Positions 31,496-41,700 of a stretch of DNA of 64,000 nucleotides are shown piece by piece. Position 1 is the first letter of the stretch, and every line of letters starts with the position of its first letter. Origin of the DNA: an uncultured Actinomycetota bacterium (GTDB lineage Bacteria; Actinomycetota; Actinomycetes; Mycobacteriales; Micromonosporaceae). The position numbers were made by a program, and so were the translations under genes. The DNA lies in assembly GCA_963803115.1 (NCBI GenBank), contig CAWDLN010000003.1, positions 372,304 to 436,303 of the forward strand. Direction: 5' to 3'. A model generated the notes under the pieces. The model ran no database searches and was not told the origin of the DNA. It saw only the letters and a list, made by a program, of their open reading frames with translations.

Positions 31496-32695
31496 CGGTG
31501 GACGTACGGGTCAGCGGCTTCTGGCGCTGGAAGACGGTGCTCGTGCCGCCGAACGCGTTCGTGGTGCACACCCGCCGCGGCCGGAGCGAGCCGCTGCACG
31601 TCGGGCTCGGCACCTCGTTCCGGTTCGACCCGGCCCGCGACTCGTACCTGGTCGTACCCGGGCGCCATGCAGACGATCCTGATCAACGCCTACTGCATCT
31701 GCCAGGAGCTGCAGGGTCTGGTGGTTCAGGCGTACGTCCAGTGGATCATCCAGGACTTCCCCACCGCGTACCGCAAGCTCGACTTCGGCGACCCGGACGA
31801 CCCGATGCGCCTGGTGAACCTGCAGCTCAAGGAGCAGGCCGAGGCGGCCATCAAGGACAAGGTCGCCACGATGGGCGTGCACGAGGTGCTCAGCGACAAG
31901 CAGCCGATCGTGGAGGAGCTGACCGCCCGGCTGCGCGCGGTGGCCGAGGGTGAGGGCGGCAGCGACCGCGGCCTCGGTCTGCGCATCGTCACGGTGCAGA
32001 TCAAGGAGGCGATCGTCAGCTCGGCACGGCTATGGGAGAACCTGCAGAAGCCATTCCGCTCCGAGCAGGGCCGGATCGCCCGCCTCGCCGAACTGAGCGC
32101 GGAGGAGGCGATCACCGAACGCGAACTGTCCGCGGCCCGGGTGCAGGAGACCCAGCGGATGGAGACCGAGCGCGAACTGGCCGAGCTGCGGGCGCGCAAC
32201 GAGGCGGCCACGTTCGACCGGGAGGCGGGGGAGAAGGTCCGCCGAGCGCAGACGGAGCAGGAGTCCGCGCGCCAGTTGAGTGAGATGCAGAACGAGACCC
32301 TGCTGCATGAACTCGAGCTGGAGCGGGAGCGCAGCGAGCAGGAGCTCGAGGTCGGCCGGCTTCGGCTGGAGCGGGAGTACGCACTGCAGCGTCAGGGTCT
32401 GGATGGCGAGCTGGCCCTGGCCCAGGCGCGTGCCGACGCCGCCCACGCCAACGCCCTCCTAGCCCTGGAACGGGATCGTATCCGGGCTGCCATAGAGAAC
32501 GGGGCGTCACCGCAGGCAATCCAAGCGAAGATGATCGACTCGCTGCCGGAGATCGTCGCCAAGCTGCCCAAGCCGGCCGAACTCCGGGCGGTGACGATCG
32601 GCGGCGACTCGACCACCGTGGCGGGGCTCATCGCTGAGCTCGGAGCCGTGGTCGGCGCCCTACGCACGATCGCCCCACCCGGGGCGGATGCCTGA
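31496..32695 (+). pseudogene. SPFH/band-7 (flotillin/YqiK-like) protein with a frameshift near 31657-31662; N-terminus uncertain
   Basis: [51 protein letters not shown] in one frame, continuing as [25 protein letters not shown]...coiled-coil in the next. An extra G in cccggg is consistent with the shift. Upstream [12 protein letters not shown]... (31307) may belong to it. Confidence 0.55.
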
Positions 32696-32700
32696 CTCGA

Positions 32701-33500
32701 TTACGGTTTGCGGCCAACTCCGGCGAACTCGGAGCACGGCGTGGTGTCGTTGCCGTCGGGGCGCCATTGCGAGCAGGTGACGATACCCGGCTCCAATAGC
32801 TCCAGACCCTCGAAGAAGGCGGCGATCCCTTGTGGATTACGGGCCGTGATCGGAGCCGACCCGCTGGAGTTCCACATCTGCATCGCCCGGTCGACTGCTT
32901 CGGGGTTGACCTCCATCGTTGGATGGGAGATCGCGAGGTAACTGCCCGACGGTACGGCCGACACGAGTCGGCGGACGATCGTCTGCGCCTTCTCGTCGTC
33001 GACCACGAAGTTCAGGATGCCCAGGAGCATGACGGCGACCGGCTGGTTGAAGTTGAGCGTGAGCGAAGCGTCCTCGAGAATCCGGTCCGGATCGCGTAGA
33101 TCAGCGTCGATGTAGTCGGTTTTGCCCTGAGGTGTACTCGTCAACAGCGCCCGCGCATGTACCAGAACCATCGGGTCGTTGTCGACGTAGACGATGCGGC
33201 TGTCGGGCGCGGTCGCCTGGGCCACCTCATGGGTGTTGTTCGCGGTCGGTAGACCCGTGCCGATGTCGAGGAATTGTCGGACGCCGGCCTCGCCGGCGAG
33301 AAACCGTACCGCTCGACCCAGAAACCACGGTTGAACCGAGCGGACTGGACCAGCTCGGGCATGTACGTCAGGACCTGGTCGGCCGCTTCGCGGTCCACCG
33401 CGAAGTTGTCCTTGCCCCCCAGTAGGTAATTCCACAGTCGCGCCGAGTGGGCGACCGTGGTGTCCAGCTTGGACAGTTGTTCGGCAACAGGATCAGTCAT
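32701..33500 (-). pseudogene. DUF574-type SAM-dependent methyltransferase with a frameshift near 33322-33325
   Basis: N-terminus MTDPVAEQLSKLDTTVAHSARLWNYLLGGKDNFAVDREAADQ...ARFNRGF, then a frame change to LGRAVRFLAGEAGVRQFLDIGTGLPT...; a T/A homopolymer at the junction. Confidence 0.6.
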
Positions 33501-33599
33501 GTCAGGAGCCCCTCGGCGGGTCCGAAGTAGATCGTCGATGCGTAGCGTAGTGTGATCGGGCGGCCGGGGGAAAGGGGGCGGCTCGGCGAGCCGAGAAAC

Positions 33600-34487
33600 T
33601 CAGTGCGCCAGGTCCTTGAGAATCCCGGAAAGTGTCTCCGCGGTCCGCGACGGCGGATGGGCCTCCAGGCACAACCGCTCCATGGTCTCGGCGTACAAGT
33701 CGAGATCCTCGCGTTTGTCCAGGTAAAGCGCACTGGTGAGTTGCTCGACGTAGACCACGTCGGAAAGATCCCGTTCCGGAAAGCGCAGGATCGTGAATGC
33801 GCCACCGGCGGCCGCGTGCCCGCCGATGTCGAACGACACGATCTGTAGCCGCACATTCGGCCTGGTGGTGGCCTCAATGAGGGCTTCGATCTGCGCCCGA
33901 AGAATGTCCATTCCACCGATCGGCCGGCGCAGTGCCGCCTCGTCGATGACGGCCCACAAGTGCGATGGCCCGGGTCGGGTGAGCACATTCTGCCGGGCCA
34001 GGCGCAGGTCGACCCGGCGCTCGACCTCGGCGTCGGGGGCTCGCTGGTGTCCGAGTCGGACCACGGCTCGGGCGTAGTCCCGGGTCTGCAGCAGCCCGGG
34101 TACGAACTGGACCTCGTAGGTCCGGATGAGCGACGCCGCCGCCTCCAAGCCCAGGTACGACAGGAACCAGGACGGCAGCACGTCGCCGTACCGGTGCCAC
34201 CATCCGGTCTTGTTCGCCTCACGGGCCAGTGCCAGCATGCGGCCGCGCTCTGGGTCATCCGTGGCCATGCCGTACAGGGTGAGCAGGTCACCGATGTCGC
34301 GTTCCTTGAAGCTGACCCGACCCAACTCGATCCGGCTGATCTTCGATTCCGACGAGCGGATGGCGTATCCGGCCTCTTCGCGGGTCACTCCTTGGGCTTC
34401 GCGCATGCGCCTCAGGTGGGCACCGAGCAGCATCCGCAGCACGGTCGGCCCGCCAGCCGACCCGCTCTCGATCGCAGGCGTCAACAC
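33600..34487 (-). CDS. XRE-family HTH regulator with DUF5753 C-terminal domain (WhiJ/Scr1-like)
   Basis: LGAHLRRMREAQGVTREEAGYAIRSSESKISRIELGRVSFKERDIGDLLTLYG... Confidence 0.8.
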   Translation of the reverse strand: MLTPAIESGSAGGPTVLRMLLGAHLRRMREAQGVTREEAGYAIRSSESKISRIELGRVSFKERDIGDLLTLYGMATDDPERGRMLALAREANKTGWWHRYGDVLPSWFLSYLGLEAAASLIRTYEVQFVPGLLQTRDYARAVVRLGHQRAPDAEVERRVDLRLARQNVLTRPGPSHLWAVIDEAALRRPIGGMDILRAQIEALIEATTRPNVRLQIVSFDIGGHAAAGGAFTILRFPERDLSDVVYVEQLTSALYLDKREDLDLYAETMERLCLEAHPPSRTAETLSGILKDLAH

Positions 34488-34668
34488 CGCCTACCTCCGC
34501 GTTGTATAGCCCCCCGGCTTCGAACGTGCTCTCTGCCGGTAAGCATGCCATGACCTCCGGTGATATGCACCGGTCGACATGCCGACGTTCGGTTGGCGGA
34601 ATGACCTAACGGGTGCGCACTCGATCGTGTATAGGGCCGGGCGAATCCTCCAATGGCGGTAGCTCGGG

Positions 34669-34887
34669 CTAGGGAAGAAACAGATCAAAGTCGCCGGCGA
34701 CGACGCCCCGCACGAATGCCTCTATCTCGGTCTTTGTATAGATGAGGGCCGGGCCGCCGGGATCTCGCGAATTCCGAACCGCGACCCCCGCACCGTCTGT
34801 CAGTTCGGCAAGCTCGACGCAATTTCCGCTCGGATTGCTGAACTGGCTCTTTATCCAACCGCCGTGGGCCAGTTCCGTCGCTGGCAT
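34669..34887 (-). CDS. DUF397 domain protein (BldB-like)
   Basis: [68 protein letters not shown]; 72 aa. Confidence 0.7.
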   Translation of the reverse strand: MPATELAHGGWIKSQFSNPSGNCVELAELTDGAGVAVRNSRDPGGPALIYTKTEIEAFVRGVVAGDFDLFLP

Positions 34888-35256
34888 TCCGTTGTATATC
34901 GGGACGAGGTTCTCGTCCGTCCTCTGTGGCTTGTCTTCGCCCGGGGTAGTCACGAGATGATTGAACCATGCACGTGCATCGGCTCTTGCGCATGCAGGGT
35001 CGTGTGGAGCATGATGACCCCGTGCGATGGTGGGCGATCCCCTACACAGTGTGATGGGCGATCTTCCCCTAGCGGAGCTCAATGACTCCTCGATGACGCG
35101 TAGGGACCGCTCCGCGTTGTCGGGTGACCGGGCGGGCGTGTCACCACGCGACGCCGGTGCGACCCCCGCGCGCCGGTTAGCGGACACGTCCGCCCGGGTG
35201 CGTGCTCTCCCCTCGTACCGCGTGCATTGCTGCCAAAGTCCATCGTGGAGCGTCCT

Positions 35257-36207
35257 ATGCCAATGCTGATCGAGGACTATCGCTCCACACCCGATCTAGA
35301 CAATGAGCTTGCCGAGTTGGGCTACGCCGCGGTGCACGGCTGGCCGGACCAGCGGCCGCTGACGGCCGCGATGGTGCGATCGCTCCTGCGTCCCGGCGGC
35401 ATGACCGCCACGACGTTGGCTCTGCGACGCGACCGCGACGGCCGCTTGGTCGGTGCGGCGGCCTTGCGGTGGCCGGCCACCCTGTCCGCCTCGGGTCGGC
35501 TGTGGGGTCCGGTCGTGCACCCGAGCGCGCGCCACGGTGGCATCGCCCGGGAGCTGCTTTCGACTTTGATCGAGGTGGCCGGCTCGCACCCGGGCGTGCG
35601 GTTCACGACGACCGAGATCCCCGAGTCGCGCGCCGAGGGCTGGAAGCTTTTTGAACAGCTCGGTTGGCGCAAGGACACGCCGTGCACGCTCTTGGCCCGC
35701 CCCCTGCCAGCCGGCCTAAAGGTTTCGACGACGGTCCCCGTCCGGGCCGCCCGGCCGGGCGAGTACCTCGACAAGGCGCTGGCCGACCTGTTCACGCTTG
35801 CCCGACCGCACCTGTGCCCGAGCATCGCCCGCGACACGTTCGCCCGGTGGAGCTCGGATGCTCGTTACACATCGGACGGACTGTTGCTCGCCGGCGAACC
35901 GGATGTACTCGCGGGCGCCGTGCTCGTCTATCCGTCACGACACACTGGACCGACACTACACAGCGAACCGACACTACACAGTGAACCGGCCGAAGCGCTT
36001 CTCTCCGATGTCCTTATCGACACCAAGCTCGAACCGGAACGAGCCGCTGAGGTACGGACCGCGCTCATCTCGGCCGCGCTGACCATGGCGGACGGCTCCG
36101 GTGCGGAGGTCGCCCGAGCGGTCGTGGACAACCCCGACTTGCGTGCCACGCTGCAGTCCATGGGATTCGTGGAGGTTGACCGGATCCGCCACTACGTTTC
36201 CGCGTAG
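35257..36207 (+). CDS. GNAT family N-acetyltransferase (two-domain)
   Basis: LVGAAALRWPA...GPVVHPSARHGGIARELLSTLIE; GGAG RBS ahead of MPMLIEDY; in-frame 18-bp tandem duplication 35949-35984 gives PTLHSEPTLHSE. Confidence 0.6.
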   Translation: MPMLIEDYRSTPDLDNELAELGYAAVHGWPDQRPLTAAMVRSLLRPGGMTATTLALRRDRDGRLVGAAALRWPATLSASGRLWGPVVHPSARHGGIARELLSTLIEVAGSHPGVRFTTTEIPESRAEGWKLFEQLGWRKDTPCTLLARPLPAGLKVSTTVPVRAARPGEYLDKALADLFTLARPHLCPSIARDTFARWSSDARYTSDGLLLAGEPDVLAGAVLVYPSRHTGPTLHSEPTLHSEPAEALLSDVLIDTKLEPERAAEVRTALISAALTMADGSGAEVARAVVDNPDLRATLQSMGFVEVDRIRHYVSA

Positions 36208-37027
36208 TTGGGGTATCGGCGTAGGTTTGGGCTGGTGCGGCGCCGGTCGTACCGGGACTCGGATCTGGCCGAACTGCAGCGGGTCGTCGCGGGCTGGATC
36301 GCGCAGGCCGGCCCGCGTGGCTACGACCACATAGGAGAATTGCCGCACCGCATCTACGAGAATCTCCGCGGACGCCGGCCCGTCGGGGACCTGGTTCACC
36401 TGTGGCACGAAGAGTCCACTGTGGTCGGCCTAGCGATCTGCGGCCGCTTCGGTAGCTCGTTCGACCTGGTGGTTGCCCCGCATCTGCGCGGTTCCGACGC
36501 CGAGCGGGCGTTGCTCGCTGATGCGGCCGCGACAACCGAACGGGTTCGTGACGCCGGTGAGGAATTCGTCGGTACGGACGTGTTCGCTAGCGATACGCTC
36601 CGACAGCAGGCGCTCACGGAGCTCGGGTTTGCAAAGTTCCGGGTCTGGGACCACGTTCGCGAGCGCGACCTCGCCGGGCCGGTGGACCCCGTGCAACCGC
36701 CGGGCTTCCAGATCCGAGAGGCCACAATAATCCGAGAGGCCACAATGGACGATGCCGACCAGCTCGCGGCGGTCCGCAACGGTGCCTTTGGCGAGAACTG
36801 GACCGGCACGTCGCTTCGGGCTCAGGTGATGACGAAGCCCGGCTACGACCCCGCGCACGAAATCGTGGCGGGCCGTCATTTCGCATTCCCTGGTGAGAAT
36901 GCGGGCGGCCGGAATGTCGAGTGTGACGCTCAACCACAACGCGGAAAACGTGGCCGCCCGTCGACTGTACGAGTCGCTCGGCTTCGTCAAGACCGATGTC
37001 ATATACGGCTTCCGCCGGCCGTGTTAA
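36208..37027 (+). pseudogene. GNAT family N-acetyltransferase with a frameshift near 36880-36920
   Basis: Main frame reads to ...GYDPAHEIVA, then junk. The conserved C-terminal GNAT motif MSSVTLNHNAENVAARRLYESLGFVKTDVIYGFRRP-stop is in the +1 frame ending at 37027. In-frame 18-bp tandem duplication at 36712-36747 (REATIIREAT). Confidence 0.5.
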
Positions 37028-37031
37028 GACT

Positions 37032-37451
37032 TCATTGTCCGCGAGCCGAAATCTGTTGGACGGCCCAGCTGTTCCCATCGGGGTCGTCGAAGAACACGAA
37101 GCCGACGTTGTCGAGCGGGCTGGGCGTCGGTGCGGGATTCTCGCCCATGACGACGACGTCGCTCACTTTCACGCCGTTGTCGAGCAGCTGCGTTCGCGCC
37201 TTGTTGATGTCGGCCACCACGAGCTGCACGCCCTTCAGCGATCCGGGCTCCATGTTGTAACCGGTTCCTCCGATTCCTTTGCCGATCACGATCGAGCAGC
37301 CGGAGCCCGGCGGGGTCAGCTGCACAACCCGTACGTCGTCGCCGATCACGGTGTCGTGATCGACCACGAAACCGAGCTGCCGCTCGTAGAAGGCCTTGCT
37401 CCGGTCCACATCGGAGACAGGTACGACGACAACCTCCAGGGTCCAGTTCAT
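37032..37451 (-). CDS. VOC/glyoxalase family protein
   Basis: MNWTLEVVVVPVSDVDRSKAFYERQLGFVVDHD... Confidence 0.8.
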   Translation of the reverse strand: MNWTLEVVVVPVSDVDRSKAFYERQLGFVVDHDTVIGDDVRVVQLTPPGSGCSIVIGKGIGGTGYNMEPGSLKGVQLVVADINKARTQLLDNGVKVSDVVVMGENPAPTPSPLDNVGFVFFDDPDGNSWAVQQISARGQ

Positions 37452-37963
37452 GTGCGTTCTCCCTCCATTGTGGGCGGTCCCCAGACGGCCGCCCTCTGTG
37501 TCAACAGTTCGCTGAGCCGGTCGTAGCTCTCGCTGACTCCTTGCGCCATCGGGTATCCGAGCGCGATGTCGCGGCCCATCGCGGTTGCGAAATAGATGGT
37601 GGTCGTGACTGTCGTCAGCCCGTCGCTTTCGGTGAACTCATGCGTGATCAGGGATTCGCCCGGGTACGACTGATCATCAAAGAGTTCTGTCACGACGAGC
37701 CGGGCCGGCGGGATGATCTCTTGGTAGGTGCCGCTTTGCACCATGATCGCGGACCGTGGGCCGTGCGACTCGAATCGGTACCGTCCGCCGATCTGAAGGT
37801 CGACGTCACAACTAACCAGATGCCAGCCGGTCGCGCCGTACCACTGCACGAGTAGCTCCGGCCGGGTGAAGGCGTCGAAGACCATCCTGCGTGGCGCGTC
37901 GAACTCACGCGCGAGCAGGATCTCGCGTTCCGACGGTGTCGTGAGAACCAGTTCCCGGGTCAT
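37448..37963 (-). CDS. SRPBCC / Aha1-domain (AHSA1-like) protein
   Basis: MTRELVLTTPSEREILLAREFDAPRRMVFDAFTRPELLVQWYG...; ATGA overlaps with both neighbours. Confidence 0.75.
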   Translation of the reverse strand: MTRELVLTTPSEREILLAREFDAPRRMVFDAFTRPELLVQWYGATGWHLVSCDVDLQIGGRYRFESHGPRSAIMVQSGTYQEIIPPARLVVTELFDDQSYPGESLITHEFTESDGLTTVTTTIYFATAMGRDIALGYPMAQGVSESYDRLSELLTQRAAVWGPPTMEGERT

Positions 37964-38320
37964 CTGCGGCTCACCCGCCGGCGCATCGGCGTCTGCGCCG
38001 CCTTCATCTCCTCCAGGAGCGCGTCTAGCCGAACGTAGGACTCCTCCCAGCGTTGCCGCAGGTCCTCGAGCCAATCGGTCGCCGCTCGCAGTGCCGGTTC
38101 CTCAAGCCGGCACGGCCGGCGTTGGGCGTCCCGGCCACGCGAGATGAGCCCAGCACGCTCGAGCACGCGCAGGTGCTTGGACACGGCCGGTTGGGTCATC
38201 GCGAACGGTGCCGCCAGCTCGCCGACCGTCGCTTCGCCGGCGGTCAGTCGGACCAGGATCGCCCGCCGCGTCGGGTCGGCCAGCGCCGCGAACGCCGAGT
38301 CGAGCGTGGCTGCCTCCATA
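37960..38320 (-). CDS. ArsR/SmtB family transcriptional regulator
   Basis: LADPTRRAILVRLTAGEATVGELAAPFAMTQPAVSKHLRVLERAGLI. Confidence 0.8.
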
Positions 38321-38327
38321 ACCATCC

Positions 38328-38339
38328 GGTTATTTAACC
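38328..38339. promoter_or_regulatory. GGTTA-TT-TAACC palindrome just upstream of the ArsR start (candidate operator)
   Basis: Read directly in the AT-rich divergent spacer between arsR-like and the fadD-like gene. Confidence 0.3.
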
Positions 38340-38396
38340 ACACGGTAGCCGCTTGCAACTGGCTCACCGCTGAAAAGTCAGAGGTAATGTGACCGG

Positions 38397-39923
38397 ATGG
38401 AGTACCCGTTGACCATCTCCGATTTTCTTTACCGTGCCGAGCAGGTCTACGGGGACCGGGTCTCCGTGGTCGACGAGCCGGATCAGCCGGCGCCATCGCT
38501 CGGTGAGATCAGCTATCGACGGCTGGCGGCCCTGGCTGCCGCCCAGGCGGCTCGCCTTGACCAACTCGGAGTGCCGGTCGGCGGCCGCGTGGCCATCGTG
38601 TCGCACAACTCCGCCCGCCTGCTCGGGTCGTTCTTCGGTGTCTGTGGCTGGGGCCGGATCCTGGTGCCGGTCAACTTCCGGTTGGCGGAGCCGGAGATCC
38701 GCTACATCGTCGAGCACTCCGGGGCCGACGTACTGCTGGTCGATCCCGAGCGCAAGGAACTGCTGGACACCATCCGGGTGAGCCATCCCGCGCTGCTCGG
38801 CGAAGACGACTCTCAGCTCTACCTCGAGGGCATCGAGCCGCGGCCCTGGGTTGGCGACGAGCACGAGACCGCGACGATCAACTACACCTCGGGTACGACC
38901 GCGCGTCCCAAGGGCGTACAGATGACCCACCGCAACCTGTGGCTCAACGCGACCGTCTTCGGGCTCCACGCGGGCGTCACCGACAACGACGTATATCTGC
39001 ACACGCTGCCGATGTTCCATGCCAACGGCTGGGGCATGCCATTCACCGTTACTGGCATGGGGGGCGAGCACATCGTCCTTCGCAAGGTGGACGGCACCGA
39101 AATCCTGAAGCGGGTCCAACGGTACGGCGTGACGCTCATGTGCGCCGCCCCGGCGGTCGTCAACGCCGTACTCGACGCCGCTCCACAGTGGACGGGCGAG
39201 ATGCCGGGTCGGGGCACGGCCCGCATCATCGTAGCCGGCGCCCCTCCGGCTACTCGCACGATCGAGCGGGTCCGAAACGAGCTCGGCTGGGAGTTCATGC
39301 AGATCTACGGCCTGACCGAGACGGCACCCGTGTTGACCGTGAACCGGATGCGGTCGGAGTGGACCGATCTGGAGCCGCGGCAGCAGGCCCGCAACCTCGG
39401 CCGCGCCGGAACCCCGGCGATCGGGGTCCGGCTGAACGTGGACGAGTCGGGCGAGGTGCTCGCACAGACGAACCACAACCTGCTCGGTTACTGGAACAAC
39501 CCGGACGAGACCGAGCGGGTGCAGGCAGGCAACTGGTTCCACACCGGCGACGGCGGATCTATTGTGGACGGATATCTCACGATCTCCGACCGGAAGAAGG
39601 ACGTCATCATCACCGGCGGCGAGAATGTCTCCTCCATCGAGGTCGAGGACGCGATCAGCCTGCACCCCGACGTGGCCGAGGTGGCGGTGATCGGCATCCC
39701 GGACGAGAAGTGGGGCGAGCTGGTCACGGCTCTGGTGGTGCGGCGCGACGAGTCGCTCACCGCCGAGCAGGTGATCGAGCATTGCCGGCAGCACCTGGCG
39801 GGGTACAAGTGTCCCAAGCGAGTGGAATTCACTGACGTGCTGCCGCGAACCGCGACCGGCAAGGTGCAGAAGTTCCGGCTTCGCGAACCGTACTGGGAAG
39901 GCCAGGACCGCCAGGTCCACTGA
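38397..39923 (+). CDS. AMP-dependent synthetase/ligase (fatty-acyl-CoA synthetase-like)
   Basis: INYTSGTTARPKGVQMTHRN (AMP-binding motif I) ...GYWNNPDET...TGDGG...; 508 aa. Confidence 0.85.
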   Translation: MEYPLTISDFLYRAEQVYGDRVSVVDEPDQPAPSLGEISYRRLAALAAAQAARLDQLGVPVGGRVAIVSHNSARLLGSFFGVCGWGRILVPVNFRLAEPEIRYIVEHSGADVLLVDPERKELLDTIRVSHPALLGEDDSQLYLEGIEPRPWVGDEHETATINYTSGTTARPKGVQMTHRNLWLNATVFGLHAGVTDNDVYLHTLPMFHANGWGMPFTVTGMGGEHIVLRKVDGTEILKRVQRYGVTLMCAAPAVVNAVLDAAPQWTGEMPGRGTARIIVAGAPPATRTIERVRNELGWEFMQIYGLTETAPVLTVNRMRSEWTDLEPRQQARNLGRAGTPAIGVRLNVDESGEVLAQTNHNLLGYWNNPDETERVQAGNWFHTGDGGSIVDGYLTISDRKKDVIITGGENVSSIEVEDAISLHPDVAEVAVIGIPDEKWGELVTALVVRRDESLTAEQVIEHCRQHLAGYKCPKRVEFTDVLPRTATGKVQKFRLREPYWEGQDRQVH

Positions 39924-39935
39924 GCCCCTTTCCGC

Positions 39936-39993
39936 GATCTTGGAGAAATGCGCGTGAGTCGATCGCAAATCACGCGCATTCTTCCAAGGTCGT
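39936..39993. repeat. 58-bp palindromic repeat, copy B
   Basis: CGATCTTGGAGAAATGCGCGTGAGTCGATCGCAAATCACGCGCATTCTTCCAAGGTCG, 13 nt after the ligase stop; nearly perfect 19-bp arms. Confidence 0.6.
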
Positions 39994-40140
39994 GGATGTA
40001 GAGGCCGTGGCGTCACACCTGACGGTGATATAACGACTACGCGCCGCGCGTTCGGTGGTGCCCGCGCGCGTTGACTGTTAGTTTGACGGGCCTGACCGGA
40101 AACCACCCCCGTTAACTGGTTCGAGCCCCCTGGGGATGCC

Positions 40141-41700
40141 TTGCCACGGTTGCGCACGTGTGTCATATCGCTGCTCGGAGTGCTGCTGATTACCGGCTGC
40201 ACGTCTAGTCCAGAGGCGCCTGTCGATACGACCCCGCCCGATCGGGCGCAGTCGCGAACAGCTCTCCCCGACGGTGACACCACGGTCGTGGACGGCGTCG
40301 GTGCAGTGGGGCTCGCGTTGGCCACAAGTCGGGCCATCTTTCAGAGTGCGCCGGCCGTCGTGTTGATCGCGGAGGGCGAGAACGCCGACTTCGAGCGGGC
40401 CGGTAAGGCGGCCGTGGATCTCGGCGTACCGCTGCTTGTCGCGCCCGCCGTGGCCAGCCCGAGCGGATCGGCGGAGCCGAGCGCGACGCTGGCACCCGCG
40501 GGCGGCCAGGAGCCGGACGCGGACCTGCGTACCGAGCTGACCAGGCTTGCCCCCCGAACGGTGGTGGCGGTCGGTGCCGCGGCCACGGCCTGGGCTCAGC
40601 GCGCCTCCCTGACCGTGACCACACTGCCCGACTCGGTGGATGACCCGGTGCTTCCGGACGTACGGCCGCCGGCACCGCTGGAGTCGTTGTTGGTCCTCGC
40701 GCGGGGCGACGGCAGCGACGCGGCGGCGATCGTTACGGCGCGGGCCAGCGGTGCCCAGGTTCTGACTCTCAGCGAGCCGGATCCGCGCGCGTCCAGCGAA
40801 TCCGTCAAGGCGGTGGCCGCGGCGCCGATCGCTCACGTACTCGCGATCGGTGGCGCATTCGGGCCGGCCGACCTACTTCGCCGCCGGCTCGCAGGCCGCG
40901 ACCGGCGTCGAGCTGCCCGGCGGCGGCCAGGTGATCTTCCCCGGCCGGCGCATGGTCGCGCTGTACGGGCACCCGGGTGACACAGTGCTCGGAGCACTTG
41001 GTGAGCAGCGCTCGACGCCGCGATCGCCCGGGCGAAGAAGGTGGCGGCGCGTAGGCGCGCTCGTGGGCGAGCCGGTGGTACCGACATTCGAGATCATCGC
41101 CACCGTGGCCGCGGCGTCGCCGGCTCGGACGGCAACTACTCCAACGAGACGCCGGAGTCCGAGCTCGCCCCTGGATCGACGCGGCCAAGGCCGGGATCTA
41201 CGTGGTGCTCGACCTGCAACCCGGCCGGTCCGATTTCCTCACCCAGGCGAAGCTCTACGCCGACCTGCTGCTCACCGCATGTCGGGCTCGCGCTGGACCC
41301 GGAGTGGCACATGAAGCCAGACGCAGGTGCCGATGGTGCATCGGCTCGGTCAGCGCCGACGAGATCAACCAGACCGGCCAGTGGTTGGCCAGTTCACCGG
41401 GAGCACAACTTGCCGCAGAAGGTCCTCATGCTGCACCAGTTCCGCTCGCGATGATCTCGAACCGAGCGTCGCTCGTCACCGAGCTACGACGAGCTGCAGG
41501 TGGTCATCCATGCCGACGGGTTCGGCTCACCCGGCGCGAAGATCGAACACCTGGAATGGACTTCACATCGATGCGCCGCCGAACATCCATTGGGGCTGGA
41601 AGAACTTCTACGACGAGGACAAGCCCACATTCACGCCGACGCAGACGATGGCGGTCGAACCCACGCCGGTCTTCGTGTCCTACCAGTAGCTCCCGTCACG
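40141..41700 (+). pseudogene. lipoprotein (lipobox LLITGC) with cell-wall-binding-like repeats and a C-terminal putative hydrolase domain; reading frame switches about 11 times between 40865 and 41560
   Basis: Intact frame 40141-40865. After that, GC3-rich protein-like segments alternate frames: TYFAAGSQAATGVELPGGGQVIFPG / AALDAAIARAKKVAA / VGALVGEPVVPTFEIIATVAAAS / GSDGNYSNETPESELAP / IYVVLDLQPGRSDFLTQAKLYADLLL / PHVGLALDPEWHMKPDA / GSVSADEINQTGQWLA / NLPQKVLMLHQF / SYDELQVVIHADGFGSPGAKIEH / NGLHIDAPPNIHWGWKNFYDEDKPTFTPTQTMAVEPTPVFVSYQ-stop. Confidence 0.55.
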
